DNA of 64,000 nt from Zootoca vivipara (lineage: Eukaryota). The stretch covers positions 83,390,001 to 83,454,000 of the forward strand of contig NC_083276.1 of the NCBI RefSeq assembly GCF_963506605.1, written 5' to 3'. The position numbers were made by a program, and so were the translations under genes. The notes beneath the pieces were generated by a model. That model was not told the DNA's origin. It was given only the letters and a program-made list of their open reading frames with translations, and searched no databases. This document shows positions 24,982 to 39,569 of the stretch, piece after piece; within the stretch, counting starts at the first letter, position 1; the number at the start of each line of letters is the position of its first letter.

Positions 24982-26165
24982 CGGAGGTATAATGGGGTGT
25001 GTGTGTGTGAAATACTGGGGTGGGGGTATTAGATAGCATTCTAAGAACTAATTAAAAACAAAAAATAAGTCTTTTAAAAATAGGACATGGATGCTTGTAT
25101 GTCAGCATGAGAATAATGATATATCTTTTCTGGGAAGACCCTAGATGCGATTGCCTTCACAGGAGTAGATTTAAAACAGCCCAGCAGGGAGCAGTCAAAT
25201 TGCATAAACCTCCATAGCTGAAGTGATCCTGTGTGTTCCTGTACTGTGACAATATTAGTGACGATGACCATTTGTGGATTAAAGAGCAAGTCGGTCATAA
25301 GATGATACTGCAGAGCAACAATTAATCATGCTTTATGACGACGTGACTGCAGTTTAGCACAAATCTACAGTTTGGGTTCATCTTCTGACGTGGCAGAAAG
25401 TCAAGGCTGCATGTTAGGAAGTGTGTTTGGCAGCTACGTTAGCAGGGGTGAGGAGGAGGAATTTGTGTAATGATGATGAGAACTGCTCCTGGCTATCCAA
25501 TCGCTCACTTTGCATAATGCAGAGGGCGATCTGGAATAACGGGGCCCAGTCCATTACATCAGCTGAGGCCAGTTACCATTTGGCTCCTTTTCTCCCTGAA
25601 CTATTTCTGTTCCAGCTAGTCACTCTAAGAACTACCATGTAACTCTTAAAGAACTGATGCCCAACTTTTCCTTTTCCCTCTTGCATCATGGATCTTAGTT
25701 TGTAAGTCTGTGGGTAGTGGCTCTTTTGTTCTTTAATCTCTGGACAGTGCTTTAGTAAATTCTAAGCACTTTGTAAACGATTAGCAGAATCCCAACACTG
25801 CACAAGGAGACCTCAGCTTGCACAACAGGATTTCACCTTCCTCTCCTTGCAGCCCCTTCTCCCCCCCCCCATTCCCCATGCCAAAATCTGCTCTGGAGCT
25901 TATCCCAACGCTCCAGTGCTGATTTTGAGGGGCTGCAGCAGGTAGGAGAGGATGGTGAAGTCCTGTTTCATAAGCAGAAGTCTCTTCCACTCGCTCATGG
26001 GCAGCGCTGGATACAGTCCAATAGCTGATGATAATAATTCCCTTGTCCATGTGAGCGCCAACTCTGCTGCAGTCCAGATGGATCATGTGGATAAAAATTG
26101 CAGTGCATGGCCCTCAGTCTGTGTGTAACTTGGAGCAACTCTAAAGACGTCTGCTTTTGTTCCAG

Positions 26166-26226
26166 GGACACTGCAGGTCAGGAGCGATACCAGACCATCA
26201 CGAAGCAGTACTACAGGCGAGCCCAG
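26166..26226 (+). CDS. RAB15: RAB15 coding exon 3
   Basis: cag|(W)DTAGQERYQTITKQYYRRAQ|gtaaa; G3 motif DTAGQ; 61 nt. Confidence 0.97.
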
Positions 26227-28286
26227 GTAAAACTGTTTTCTCCTAGACTTAGTACAAAAAGCATGGAGAGACCAGGAAAGGACTAGCTGGCTTTTGCAGG
26301 AATTGTCCCAGCATTTGCCTCGGTGCTATTTCTCTGACATAATTCATTTGTTGCCAGAGATGTAAGCAGAGTGTAACCAAAATTCATGGAAGTGGCCTGA
26401 CAGAGGTGGACAGCTCTGGAATCTCTCCATTTTTTTTATATTGAGTAGAATTAAACATCGTGCTAAGGAGATCGTCCTGCTGAATTGAATCTCCCCTCTT
26501 TCACCCATTCTGGGGTTCTCCCTACCCTCCGAAGCAGATTTTTTTTGGGGGGGGGGGGGTTCACAGGGAGAGGAAGGGTAGTATTGTTGCACCAGTGGAT
26601 CTTGTTGCAGTAGCTTCCGCAAGTGCAGCAACTTAGTTGAATCCAGACCATAGGTTCCTACTTGGAGACAGACAGAGACACACACAACTTTGGGGCTAAC
26701 GCTGACAAAGGTTAGCACTGGAACACAGAAAGGGTCCCAACATTAAACCTCAGCTAAATTGAAAGGCAGCAAGCCAGCAGTCCAGCTGGCCTCAAGGGCT
26801 GAAGACAATCTGCATACTTTAGGAATTTAGTGTTACTGGTGCATAAAATGCAGTGGTGTTGGCCCATGAGAAAGCAATCCAAAAATCCACATTTGTGCAA
26901 TACCTTTCTTAGGACCTATCAGAATGTCACAAAACACTGGCAAGCTTTGAAATTCTCCAGAACTGTACACAAAGCAGGAGATGAGGAAAAATAAAAATAC
27001 GTTGGATGTTCTAGCCATCAGGTCAGATTTTGGCCCCGGCTTAAAGATGGGAGATTGCAGACTGAATAGGTCTCTGCTATATGCTGTAGCTATCAGCTTA
27101 CACACATAGGATACTGGAGCAAAGAGGCAATGATAGTTCTGCCTCCTACTAATCCATCTGGTCTAGCTGCAAGTCTGCATCTTGATAATTCCCCAGAACG
27201 TGTGGTTCCAAAGTAACAAGCGTGTTGATTCAGAGAGCCAGTCACTCACAGACCTGTTCGGCAAAAGTAATTTCGGGAAAGGCGCGGAGGGGAGAGATAT
27301 CTTCTATTGCTGCGGCCAACTGGAGAGGCAGCGCCTTTCCCACAGGACATTCTCAGTCTGCTTGCCTCCTCCCACTCTGCCCGCCCTACAGGCAGTGGCT
27401 GCATGTGTGATCTGTTTTTTCTGTGTGGCGTCTTCGCACGGCTCCATTTGTGTGCGGGTGGCGCAAGGTTGCACAGGAGGAGTGCAAGGTGCGATGTTTC
27501 ACTGATGTTAAAGGCGCAGGAGGTGGGATATTATTTCAATTGCCGAGCTCCTCCTGTGTAATGTTGCACCGCAGTACAGTGTCTTTGCGCAGCTCCATTT
27601 GTGCATATATTCTGTGCTATATTCTGTGAATAAGAAGACCCACGTTTTTAGACCTAAAAAATTGGGTAAAAAACCTTGTCTTATAGACGGAAAAATACGG
27701 TAAATGTTTTGCCCCGACTGCTGCCTGGAGATCACCTGTTGCCTGCCACTTGATGCCCTGAGCCATAGTGGTGCTAGATCTCTGAGACATGAAGCCTAGC
27801 GTATAAGGAGCGTTCAGTAAAACTGCAGCCAAAGAAGCCTGCTGTATTTCTGCAGGGAATGCAGACTGATTAGCCAGGTCCCCAGGGGGAAAGACTGACA
27901 TATTCATTAAACAGTTGTCTGTTATCTAGCATGGTGGCAGCCTGCTCTGTAACAATCTTGTAGGAACAACTGTCAAAACACGAATGCTTTTGGTTTATCG
28001 GTCGTAGTTAAAGGCCACATCTGCCATGAAGGTTTCACAGTGAGTTTGGCCTACATGCAGATGCATGCAGAATCTAACAGGACAGAAGAAAGAATAATCC
28101 CCAAATGTCTAGTTCCTCTTCTTCAACCCTCCAGCATAATTCTTGGGCAGAGGGTGCATAGGGAATGTCCTATTAAATTAACAATTACACACACCTACCT
28201 TCCCTTTAAGTAGAAGTCATTTCACCTTTGGGTTTATGTTGCACGTTATACTCCATCCTGTTTTCTTGACCTGGTTCTCTCCCCAG

Positions 28287-28364
28287 GGGATATTCTTGGT
28301 GTACGACATCAGCAGTGAGCGCTCATACCAGCACATCATGAAATGGGCCAGTGATGTAGATGAG
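28287..28364 (+). CDS. RAB15: RAB15 coding exon 4
   Basis: cag|GIFLVYDISSERSYQHIMKWASDVDE|gtaagc; 78 nt. Confidence 0.97.
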
Positions 28365-29635
28365 GTAAGCAAGGGGGCCTCCCTTCTTCTTCCCCCTATT
28401 GTTGGGGACTGTTGGCCCCAGTGTGGGAGAAGTTGCCATGGCAAAATCGGATGAACTGCTCCTGCTCAAGGTCTGTGTGTATATATATATATACATGCAC
28501 TCTCTTGTCTTGAGAAGCCTTGTTCAAACAGAGAAATAGCACGTTTGGCTTAGGTGCTTGGTTTATCTAGAGATTGTAGGATTAAAATAGCCTTGGGAAT
28601 TCAACAGACAATCCGGATGTCCTTGAAAAAGGCATAACACTATTGGGGTGTCCTTATTTCCTGTGAAAGGGCTTCTACCTTGTGTAAGCTCCTCAGTATT
28701 TAGCAAGTGCTAACTAGAAGATTATGCAGGAACTAGAGGAACATCTAATAAACCTTAACCGTGTTTTAAATCTGAGCTGTATTATGCCATCTCTGCTGCC
28801 ACAAAAGGCTGCTGTTTATTTTTTTGATAATAACTATTATATTGTTTTGCATGTAAAACATCCAGTGAATATTTATTGATAAGTGGCTATATAAATGTAA
28901 TAATAAATAAAATACACTGCTGTTGAATAACTGATGGAGGCATCTTGGATACTGCCAGAGTGCTAACTTTGTGTCCTTGTGCACATACTTTCTGCCTTTA
29001 CACTGTTAGGGAATTTTTTATAGATTAGCCTTTGCCAGGTTGGTGCCCTCCAAATGTGTTGAGACTACAACTCCCATCAGCTTTAGCCAGTCCTGGGGCT
29101 GATGAGAGTTGTGGTCCAGAACACCTGGAGGCACTGGGCTGGTGAAGGTGTTGCATATTTTTACATGGTGACTCTTAACACTCTGCCACAACTGGCACTG
29201 AAGTAATCTGCTTTTGCAGTGAACTTAACAGCGAGATGAACAGGTTTGGACTGAAGAAGATGCTGTTGGGCATGTGCAATCAACTCTGTTGGCCCCTGGG
29301 TTTGGGGGGATTTTCTAGCTGCCCTTTTTCTTTGATTGGCTTTGGTCTGTGGAAGCTCTGTTTTCTGTAAGACCATCCTGTGATTCTTTTAATTGCTTTG
29401 TTAAGATCAGAAATGTGTTGGGCGGTGCCATTTTCCAGATGTTTGTGTTGCAGTGGGGGAAGAAGCCAATTGCTATGAAAATTCTCTGCCCTGTGCAACA
29501 GTTAAAAGGCAACAGGAATGGTACATTTGACAATCCCAAGTCTGAATAGTGCCGTACAGCTCAGTTTTTAACTACTGCATGCTGCTTCTAATCTATGCTG
29601 ATTGGGATGGGCTAAAGTCTCTCCCTTCTCTCCAG

Positions 29636-29725
29636 TATGCCCCAGATGGCGTCCAGAAGATCCTTATTGGGAATAAAGCAGACGAGGAGGAGAAGAGGCA
29701 AGTAGGCAAAGAGCAAGGCCTCCAG
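29636..29725 (+). CDS. RAB15: RAB15 coding exon 5
   Basis: cag|YAPDGVQKILIGNKADEEEKRQVGKEQGLQ|gtaagc; G4 motif NKAD; 90 nt. Confidence 0.97.
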
Positions 29726-30582
29726 GTAAGCATCTTGGGTAGCTGCTAGTTGTTCTCCTTTGAGACCTAAGCCTCACTCATAGCAGATGATATAGTAAAA
29801 CTGACAGTGCCAGGTGGGTCAGACCATCTACAAAGCAGGTGCTCTGCCACTGAGCTGATTCTGTTCACTCAGCCTTGTAAATAACAATGTGGTCTGGGCT
29901 TCTCCATTTTTTAAATCTGTTTTAACTTTGGCGGTGCAGTGAGTTCTGCTTTCATTGTGCTTGGATCTTGGCCCATACACCTCCACAACCGAATTCCTCT
30001 ATATAAGACAATGGCATTGTCGGGAACCCTTCTTGCTATATGATAGGTTCCGCTGTTGTTGTTGTTCAGAAACACATGCAGTTGTGTGAGCCCCCCCACA
30101 TAGTCTGGTATAGACAGGAACAGGTTGATTGCCTCATCTGCTGTGGGTGTGAACCAGGGCAGAGTCTGATCTAGAAAACTAGATGGTAGGAGCAGTTAAA
30201 TTTTGTCAAGGTCCAGGAACTTGTGGAAATGGGTTCTGGGAGCTGGTTTCCTTCTGGCACAGACAAGCTTTGTTTTGCAGTGTTCCTGGGTTTATATTAG
30301 AGGTGGCACTGGGGTATGGAGCTGGACTTCATTCTACTAGTTTTTCCAGCCCTGGTTAATCAGAGAGACACGCTATGCCTGTAACAGTGCTCTTTTTCCC
30401 AATTCAGAAACTTCAAATGTTACCTAGCCTGTTTTTAAAATAATAATAATAATACAAGTTATCTTCTCAGTCTTTGAGGTGGTGATGTAAGAATGTTCTA
30501 GTTTCTTCAGATCTATCTGTACAATCTGTTGACAGTCACTATTATACCTGTATGTAAAGCTGTCGGAACTTCTGTCTTCCAG

Positions 30583-30648
30583 CTGGCCAAGGAGTATGGC
30601 ATGGATTTCTATGAAACAAGTGCTTGCACCAACTTAAACATCAAAGAG
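30583..30648 (+). CDS. RAB15: RAB15 coding exon 6
   Basis: cag|LAKEYGMDFYETSACTNLNIKE|gtaaga; G5 motif ETSA; 66 nt. Confidence 0.97.
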
Positions 30649-31407
30649 GTAAGAACTTTGCATATGGAACATCCAGGTGTCTGGTGCTTTGCAGCCAGTG
30701 TATCACCTTTGCAGAGCAAGTGGAGATACAGAACAAAAGAGAGACCATGGTGGAAAATCCTTGGTCTCACCTGTAGTTTTTGACCATAGCAGCCAGTAGG
30801 CACCTCACCTTTGGGAGAGAAAACAATGTTGCACTATATATTGTTGCAAATGTAGCATATATATTTTATTTAATCTCAGAAGTACTCACACTTACGTACG
30901 GTGGTGTATCTGGATTCACACACACCCATCTACTGTAGCCTTTCTTGCCATATCCCATACCTGTTCTGGATGGTCTCTATACCCTCAAGAGTGGCTTTGC
31001 AGTGGACTACAGTGGGCAGCAGAATTGGCGAAAATAGAGTCCGTTGGATACGCCCCTATGTGTTATAATGTTAGCAGTTAGTGTCAAAACTCACACATAG
31101 ATGGAGCAGGAGCCCACTGTTGATCTCAGTGGGGCATATTTAAGCATGCATGTAACTCTCCTGCTTAAAACTGGATTGTAAATTGACACATGCATGTAGC
31201 AAATAAAAATTGCAAACTGAAAGTTTGAGAAGTAGTCTTTTTTTAAAAAAAGTACCTTAAATGTCTTAAACATTTAGACATGTGCACCCAAGCACTCTAG
31301 TAAATACGTTGTGGACTAGTAACTTGTGTGGACTTGTTTGCTGATCTGAAGCTATGTACTAAACCCCACTTTTTTTAAAAAAAAAACCCAACCCTCATCT
31401 CTTTCAG

Positions 31408-31566
31408 TCTTTCACTCGTCTGACAGAGCTGGTCCTGCAGGCCCACAAGAAGGAGCTGGATGGACTCCGCACGTATGCGACTGATGAACTGAACCTGGTT
31501 GAGCTGGAGGAAGAGGCAAGCAAGCCAGAGGGCACAGAGCACTCCCCCAAGACCTGCTGGTGCTGA
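31408..31566 (+). CDS. RAB15: RAB15 coding exon 7 (terminal)
   Basis: cag|SFTRLTELVLQAHKKELDGL...PKTCWC*; CXC prenylation motif. Exons total 639 nt = 212 aa + stop. Confidence 0.97.
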   Translation, partial: SFTRLTELVLQAHKKELDGLRTYATDELNLVELEEEASKPEGTEHSPKTCWC

Positions 31567-34500
31567 AAGCCTCCCAGTGCTCTTCCTTTTCTTCTGTCCC
31601 CCAGTGCAGGCAGAGAGGCTGCCACCTAGAGAGGGCTCCATCTCTTTGGTCTCTGGTTGCCTGCCTGCCTGCCCACTCTCTGCCCTGCTGGATCCTCTAT
31701 GGATTTCCTGGTGTTTCTCCTTGATTGGTGATTTCTGTTGTTCCCCCAAACTCCCTGGATCCAAATCTCTCTTTGGGGGGGGCTCACAATACGCAGAACA
31801 TCACCCCGCCACCTTTGCGGAAGAGCTGTGGTTGGCGATCGCAGCAGCCGAGGCCTATTCAGCAGCCTCTCAACCTCCAGGTGCTCTGCAGCCTTGCCCT
31901 TTTCCAGGGGGCAGCTGAGCCGGTTGGGTTCTGTGCCTGGCTGCAACTAGGCCTGTCCTCTGAGAACAGGGCGCTCAAGGAGGGAGGAATGTCCCGCTTC
32001 CTTCACTCTCCTCCAGACAGACCGTTTGCTTGCACACCCTCAATAGCAGGCCTGCTGAAGGCTTGTCCGTTTGTATCTGCCCGCCACCCCCCCTCCACCC
32101 ATACATTGCCTTGCCATTTCAGCATCTGCCCCAATTCCTGCACAGCTTTGTGCAGGGTTGGGGCTTTGCGGCTGTGTTGGATACAGTGTCTTGTACATAC
32201 CTGGCTGCCTGGAGGTTGTTGTTTTGAAAAAACAACCTCTCATCACGGCACCTCGCCAAATTGGGGCTTGTTCCAAAGTGCGCAGCGGCATCTCTTGCCC
32301 TGCTAAGTGTAAGCTGCTGGGAGCAGCAAGAGTCTAGCCCTGCTGGGAAAGGGGTAAGATGATGGAAATTTGGGGCTTTAAATTCAGACTCGCCTTACCA
32401 GTTGCAAAGAATGTTTGCTTCTTCCTGGGCCAAACTAGTCTCCTGTTTTGTAACTTCTTGGAGCCTTGTGTTGCACACCAAGCAAAATCCTTGCCTTCTA
32501 CATTTACTCGAAAATTTTGTAGGGCATCTTCGCTTGGCTCCCCTTGGGTATCTTTGGTGGTGCAGGTACATCAGGCACCCGCTTAGCTTATATCCCTGCA
32601 CCAATGGAGGCAGAGAGCCCACCCTATCTGTGTGTCACCTGTGTAGAACTTGGAATGACTTTCCCAACTATTCACCAAAGCGCTGATACGGAAACACACT
32701 GTAATCTGTGCATAGAGCCTCCCCTCATTTGTTTCTTCTCACTCTTGAGGTCCAACCTGTAAGAGGTTGCTCAAGACCCTTTCGTGGGCTCTTTTTAGAA
32801 GTTCCTCCACAGAAGGAATTTCCTTGGAAGCTCAGCCTGGTAGATTCCAGGGTATCCAATTTATTTGGTTCTTTTGCCATGTGCTGCTTAACATGGCTTG
32901 ATCCGAGCAAACTGAAACCAGCCTGCCTGCCTGCATGTTGTACCAGCATCCCCCTCTCACCTTGACATGCTTGGTGGGGGAGGCCTAAAGACACTTGGCA
33001 GCATGCCATGGTAATTCTAATCTATATGCGCCTGCCTGCTCCAGAGTAGCTGCTCCCTGCGTGCCAACACCTTGGGGAGGCTAAGACTCCTTTCCCTTCC
33101 TATGTATGTGCCAGCAATGGGCTACATTTGCAGATCTAGAAAGGGTGGGTGTCAACCAGAGGCTTTCTGGGTGGGATGGTGGTGCATAAGTCCTCCTGCT
33201 GCCTAGAGAGGCTGCCTTTGGTGGAGGGGGTGGGGCTTAGGCACAATCCATTTGAGTGATAGAAAATGTGATGATCTGCCCTTCCCTAGCCAGGTCATAC
33301 CAGAGAGCAGACTGATTTACATTTCCCTGCTCATTTCCCCTCTTCCTCTTCCAGTTGGTTGTTGACTTTCTCTCTCGGAGCAGATGAAAAATCTTTTTAC
33401 CCGGTGAAGAAGAGGAAGGGGAGTAGCATGTAGCGGGAATGAAGTTGGCTGCACTGTGATGCTTGTTCTGAAAGCAAGGGTGCCTTGCTTTTCCAAAAAA
33501 AGTCTCCACTCTCAAAACCACCAGTTTTACCTCTTTCTTTGTGCTGGGTGGGTTTGAACAGGTATCAAGCCACTGGAAATGTAAGGGGGAAACAGTGAAG
33601 TTCTACACACAGTGCCTGCTGTTGGCAGGAGCAGCTCTCCTGTAGCCACAGTCCCCTGGGAAGACCCCAGTCCCAGGGTCTGGGAAGAAAGAGGCACGAA
33701 ACGGCTTGACCACAAGGGACCGCTTCCTGCAAGACCTAGTGTGAAGCTGGAGATATTGTAGACACTAATAAGAGACACACGTAGCTGGTAGCCTGTTTAG
33801 TTTTTGAACTACAACTCCCACCGTCCCTGACCTAAGGGCCGTGCTGGCTGTGATGGTGTGAGGGGAGCTGGAATCAAACAACACCTGGAGGACCAAAGCT
33901 TCCTCCCAGCCATGATGTAGTAGGACCCAAATTCTGTAAGAACAGGTGGAAATGCAATGAAATGAGGACTTGTGCAGGTGGGGAACTAGGCATCTTTGCC
34001 CTGAGAGAGAAGGCATGTAGAGACTGAGGGAAATGGGTCGGCCACAGCAAAGGAAGAGCTTTTTTGTAAGCCCAAACTCTGTTGTGCTGACTGGTTGAGG
34101 CCTTGTTGGCTTTCACTGGCTTTGGTCTGCCTAGCTTGTTAGGAGGTTGGAATGAAGACTGAGGGCCAATCCTTGCACAGAGAGTCTATGTGGCCTGTGT
34201 TGTCTTCTCTCCCCACCCCCACCACCCACTCTTGTTTTCTGACAGGATTGCACTGCACCCAAGGTGAATGGGCATGCTGTGAGTGCAGAAAGCAGGTTTG
34301 CACGACCACTTAAACTTACAGTGTGGAAGGCCTGTGGCAGCATGCAGAACTGCCATGCTAAGACATGTGTGTGATGAGAAACTTGGAATAACTCACTTGG
34401 CATGTTCTCAGTGCAACTGGGAAACAAAAAACAGTGGCTAGCTAGCTGCCTGCAGAGAGTGGTTGTCTTAGCTGGTACCTGGCTGTCTCTTGCACTCTGT

Positions 34501-35347
34501 TCTTTAAAGCTCTGTTGCTAGAGCTGCCCTCAAGGTGGTCTGTCTGGAAGGAATGTCATTCTGTTCCTGAAATGAGCACAGGAGGCTTCCCAGTATCTCT
34601 GGCTCTGCAAGCTAGGAGGGCTGAAAGAGATGTCCCCACTGTAGCTCTTCCTTGCCTGCTGCAATTCAGCATCACATCAGCGCCGCTTGCTCCAACTAGG
34701 ATCTAAGACCACATCCCACCAATATAATAGAAGCTGGGCTGCTGATGCTGTTAACTATAACGCACAAACTAGACTCCAATGTAATCTTCACAACACACAA
34801 GACCAGAAAGGGGAGCAGGTGAGAAGCTCTTTGCCCTGCTTATGGCATTAGCTGGAGTCCTTATTATGTAGAGTCAGCAATGGCCTCTTACTGGGTTGAA
34901 CTCACAAACAAGTGGTTGACGAAGCCTCTGGCTCCACAACACTGAGCAAAATGAGCCACGCTAATAGTGTGCATTCTGGGTCATTAAGACAACTCAGTGC
35001 AAGAAAAGCTCCCTAATCAATGCTGATTTTTCTCTGTGCAGATTGGAGTGGTGCTCTCAGGAGGCCACAAAGTGCTTCTTGGTTTCAGGCCAGTGCTTGG
35101 GGAAGGGAGGATGAGTCTGGGAATCTAGTACTCTTCAGTATTCTGAGGCTCCCTCCGTCCTGTTGAGTCACGGATCATTCTGTCTGTAGCGGAAACCGTT
35201 GCATATAAACTTGTCATGGGATCCAGCCAAACTTAGAACTTTCTGAATCCTCTGCTGTGTCTGTAATTTGTGGACTTTGCACTCTGACTGGGTTTCCTTG
35301 TATGACCTGTCATTGTAATGGTTTTAAACAAGAAAGATCTTTACAAA

Positions 35348-35353
35348 AATAAA
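35348..35353 (+). terminator. Probable RAB15 polyadenylation signal (3'UTR about 3.8 kb)
   Basis: First AATAAA I found after the stop codon; followed by a GT-rich tract (GTGGTTGGTGGTTG). Confidence 0.6.
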
Positions 35354-35817
35354 GATTCTCAAAGTGGTTGGTGGTTGCTTTAGTTCCTTGCTGGGTGGCT
35401 AACCCGGTCCTCTGCAACGAAGAAGCTGTGTTGCTGCTAAGAATCTCACTTGAAGTGAAATCCAGGAGGTCAAACAGCAAACGCTTCCCTATGTAGAGAA
35501 CACATTCAGAATAGAGGTATGTTTAATTCATGCTGCAAACCAGCTCAGTTGCACAAGAAAGGAGCCAAAGAAGCAAACCGGGGGTGGAACGGATGTAGCT
35601 TGGCACATGCACCAGTGCAACCAGCTTTTGTCCAGAAAAATTGTGACAAGCAAGGATTAGTTCTGCCCACATGGGACCACCTGGAATTGGCAGAGTCCTG
35701 GAGTTAACAATATATGTATTTGCAGCTATTTTTGTACTGTGGCGAGGAATATAAAATACCTCCTTCAAAAGGAGACTGAAAGAGCTCAAGCTACCTGCTA
35801 CTCTCTGCATCAATTTA

Positions 35818-36112
35818 CAGTGGTGCTTCGACTTACAAATTTAATCCGTTCCAAAGGCACCTTCGTAAGTTGAAAAATTCGTAAGCCGAAAAACACCATT
35901 GGAAACGCGATTTCCCATAGGAATGCATTGGAAAGGGAAAAATTCGTAAGTCGAAGCAACCCTATCTAAAAATTCATAAGTTGAAAAATCCCTATGTAAA
36001 ACCGCCGCGGTTTTTTGGGGATGTCAAGACATTCGTAAGCGTGTGGTTATTACCCCCATTTGTAAGTCGACAAATTCAGTTGTCGAGTCGTTCGTAAGTC
36101 AAGGTACCACTG
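35818..36112. mobile_element. Tc1/mariner-type MITE
   Basis: TA|CAGTGGTGCTTCGACTTAC ... GTAAGTCAAGGTACCACTG|TA; internal TTCGTAAGTCGA repeats. Confidence 0.85.
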
Positions 36113-38012
36113 TACTCGGGTGGGGAATCTAGTCTATATGTTTCTGAACACCTTTTGGGCCCTAGTCTGCATAGTCAGTCTCCAGGGGTGATGGAAGTTT
36201 TGGGTCCACAGGAGAACCACGGCTTAGATGTTTTCGAACAGATGGCGCAGCATAATGGCATGTTGTTAAACCCTATCTCTCTCTATCTTTAAATCCTGCA
36301 ACACTACAAATTTAGAGGAAGGAAGAGCAAACAAGTCATCATCCAGTTTTTCCTCCACACCCCATATTCTCTCAATAGAGTGAAAGCATGTTGTAGGTTT
36401 TCCTACAGTAGCTTCATCTGCTGTTGGACAGTGGATGTTCTACCTCCTCTGGTGGAGGCAATGTGCCTTTGAATACCAGCTGCAGGGAATCGCAAGTGGG
36501 AAGAATCCCATAACACTCAGGACCTGTGCATGGGCTTCCTATAGGCATCTGGTTGGCTAGTGTGAGAACAGGATGGGCCTTTGGCCTCACCCAGCCGGCT
36601 CTTAGGCTATGTTTTAGCTAGGTGTAGACAAGAATGTTGAGCTGGCCCTAAGCCTGTATTGCTGTCTGCCCTATTTGATGCATTCAATTCAGGCAGGGGG
36701 TATGTGAATCTGGTTTTGTAGTCTGTAGTATAGACAGATTTCACATGGTTGATGTAGCTGTTTGGAGTCAGACAAAACAGCTCTTTGTGCTTTTCATATC
36801 CTTAGCCTGCTTTGCTGAGGCACTGAGGTAACTTGCATTAAGATAGATCCTCCATCCTATATTCTTTTTTATTATTACTCTGCTATCAGCAAAATAGTAA
36901 TAATAAGCTCCCAGAGCGCATCTTGCAGATCCATAAAAACAAGACAATCCCTGCCCTCAAGCTTACACTCTAAAAGGCACAACACAAAATGAAAATTGAT
37001 CAGGAGGGAGAAGGAAATAAGCAAGCTCAAGTACCCGTTCTTCTAAGGGCCAGCTAGGATAGATACACTTTACTGGAAGGAGCCAAGAAGGAGCTGCTGG
37101 TGTCTGAGCTGTGCTGGTGGAGTGGCCCTGTATCCCTTCCCTCCTCTGCTACAGAAAATTATCTGATCTCTGTACTTTGGTTACATGCCCCAGCTTCCTC
37201 TACTTGAGCTTACAGGGAATCTGATCCAGCTGTTAATAATTCAGCCTGCTCCTCCTCGTGGCAGGAGAAGCAGGATTCTCATTAGAGGTTTTCATTATCA
37301 AGCTGTTTTTGGAAAGGGGACGTGCATTGCAGCAGTGGAAGTAATTTTTCTTTTTTCCTTTCAAAACACTGCTATAATTCTCAGAACAGACCTCAGCAGT
37401 CAATAAAAAAACTATTATGGGAAAGGTTTGCATCTATTCTAGGTTGACACAAGACGTGATAAATATTGTTATGCACACCCCTACTTCATTGAACCATGAG
37501 ACGTTTCAGGGGGGTTGTCCTTAACTGGGCCGGGCCTCATTTTGGGACGAGGGTACTGGAGGCATGCCATTGTTTTGTAATAATACTTGTTCTTATTTGC
37601 AAACATATGTGTTGAGCATAGATACAGAGTTAAACCACTCCAACAAATACTGAAGTTCACTGTACCCCAGCCATGTTTGTGGTGGGTGAAACTGCCCCTT
37701 CTGACACCGATGTTGCTGCTGCTTACCTGGTTGGGGCTGGGGCGGGACAATGGTGAGGCCAGAGCTATGGGCTGACCACCAGCCAATCTGATGTTCCCAG
37801 TGGTGCAACTGCATGGCCCCAAACGTCTTGTTCCCTCCCCATCCAGGTAAGCAAGTGACACCAGTGTCAAGCAATATTAATGCTGCACCCACATGGTGCC
37901 TACAGAGAGCCTGCAGCAGGTAGGGATACTATTTGCAGAGTCCAGGCTGAGCTCTCAGACTCTCCCAAGCTCTCTTGTCTTATTTGTTCCTGCATATATA
38001 GAGAACACCACA

Positions 38013-38370
38013 GCGGGTGGCGCTGTGGTCTAAACCACAAAGCCTAGGGCTTGCTGATCAGAAGGTTGGCGGTTCAAATCCCTGCAACAGGGTGAGCTCC
38101 AGTTTTTCGGTCCCAGCTCCTGCCCACCTAGCAGTTCGAAAGCACGTCAAAGTGCAAGTAGATAAATAGGTACCGCTCCGGCGGGAAGGTAAACGGTGTT
38201 TCTGTGCGCTGCTCTGGTTTGCCAGAAGCAGCTTAGTCATGCTGGCCACATGACCTGGAAAAACTGTGGACAAAATGCCAGCTCCCTCGGCCAGTAAAGC
38301 GAGATGAGCGCTGCAACCCCAGAGTCATCCACGACTGGACTTAATGGTCAGGGGTCCCTTTACCCTTTAC
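38013..38370 (+). mobile_element. Sauria SINE, near full length
   Basis: tRNA-like head (GGTGGCGCTGTGG, B-box GGTTCAAATCC), conserved body, CCCTTTACC tail; homologous copies at 40.5, 62.6 and 63.9 kb. Confidence 0.85.
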
Positions 38371-39253
38371 ATCGAGAAAGCTGGAAAAGGAAAGGAAAAG
38401 AGCAACCCATTTTGATCTCTGCCAACCATTAATGCAGACACCCATTAAGAGCCATTGGCTTGCAATTCACTAACTACTGTATGGGGATCTGCTAAACTGT
38501 ATCTACTCTGCCAGGTCTGAAGCACCCAATTAGCCTCTCTTTACAATCAAAGAATTGGAAACCACCCCCAGCCCAGCTCATTTATTCAATCCTGTAGCAA
38601 TACAAATTGCATATGGAATATATGTGGGGAAATGTTCTTTGCTCGCATAACAAGATAGCAAAGCTTGTTACTTCACAATATATTTTTTAATCCGTTATGC
38701 TTAGCTGAATGATATACCATACACTGTGTGTGTGCCCTCAGTATGTCCAAAGGGGCAGTTTGCACACCCTTTCAAATGCAGAGTTATTACTTTTGATAGA
38801 TAGTTATCCTGGTAATTATAAGCATCAAGGAAAAGGCTAGTAGTCCTTACCGAGTTGGGTCAATTCACTAGCCCAGTTGCCAGTCTGTTGCCTTGTGGGA
38901 GACCAATTTGCAGTCAACTTCAATGGCTCCTTTTTGCCATAAAGGCTCAGAAAGAATCTGCTGCTTCCTCCCCCAGTATTTGTTCTATCTGCAAAACGCA
39001 GGTTCTTCATCATCATTAGCGTTTGAATAGGGAGAGAGTGGTGATTAACTGTATCATCAGCTGCAGGAAGGCTGACAAATGTGACTGTTATCTGGGGCCC
39101 TTTCATAGACATCTTCAGCAGACTGTATCAAATGGACTATCTCAATAGTACACCTCAGAGAGGTGGTTCAGAAAGAAAAAGAAGACATGACACATGGCTT
39201 CCAATGCTAATTCCTGCTTGCTTCAGACACTCCGCATAGTGCTCCCTCTACCT

Positions 39254-39569
39254 ATTCAAATATATAAAAGGATGTCATATAGAGGAGGGAGAAAGGTTGT
39301 TTTCTGCTGCTTCAGAGAAGCAGACACGGAGCAATGGATTCAAACTACAAGAAAGAAGATTCCACCTAAACATTAGGAAGAACTTCCTGCCAGTAAGAGC
39401 TTTTCAACAGTGGAATTTGCTGCCAAGAAGTGTGGTGGAGTCTCCTTCTTTGGAGGTCTTTAAGCAGAGGCTTGACAGGCATATGTCAAGAATGCTTTGA
39501 TGGTGTTTCCTGCTTGGCAGGGGGTTGGACTGGATGGCCCTTGTGGTCTCTTCCAACTCTATGATTCTA
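39254..39569 (+). mobile_element. CR1 LINE 3' fragment
   Basis: Encodes TRSNGFKL...WNLLPRSVVESPSLEVFKQRLD; ends TTCCAACTCTATGATTCTA. Confidence 0.9.

Noticed and set aside
31499-33009. Several ORFs of 65-193 aa downstream of the RAB15 stop
   Set aside because: They fall in the GC-rich RAB15 3'UTR and have no domain signature.
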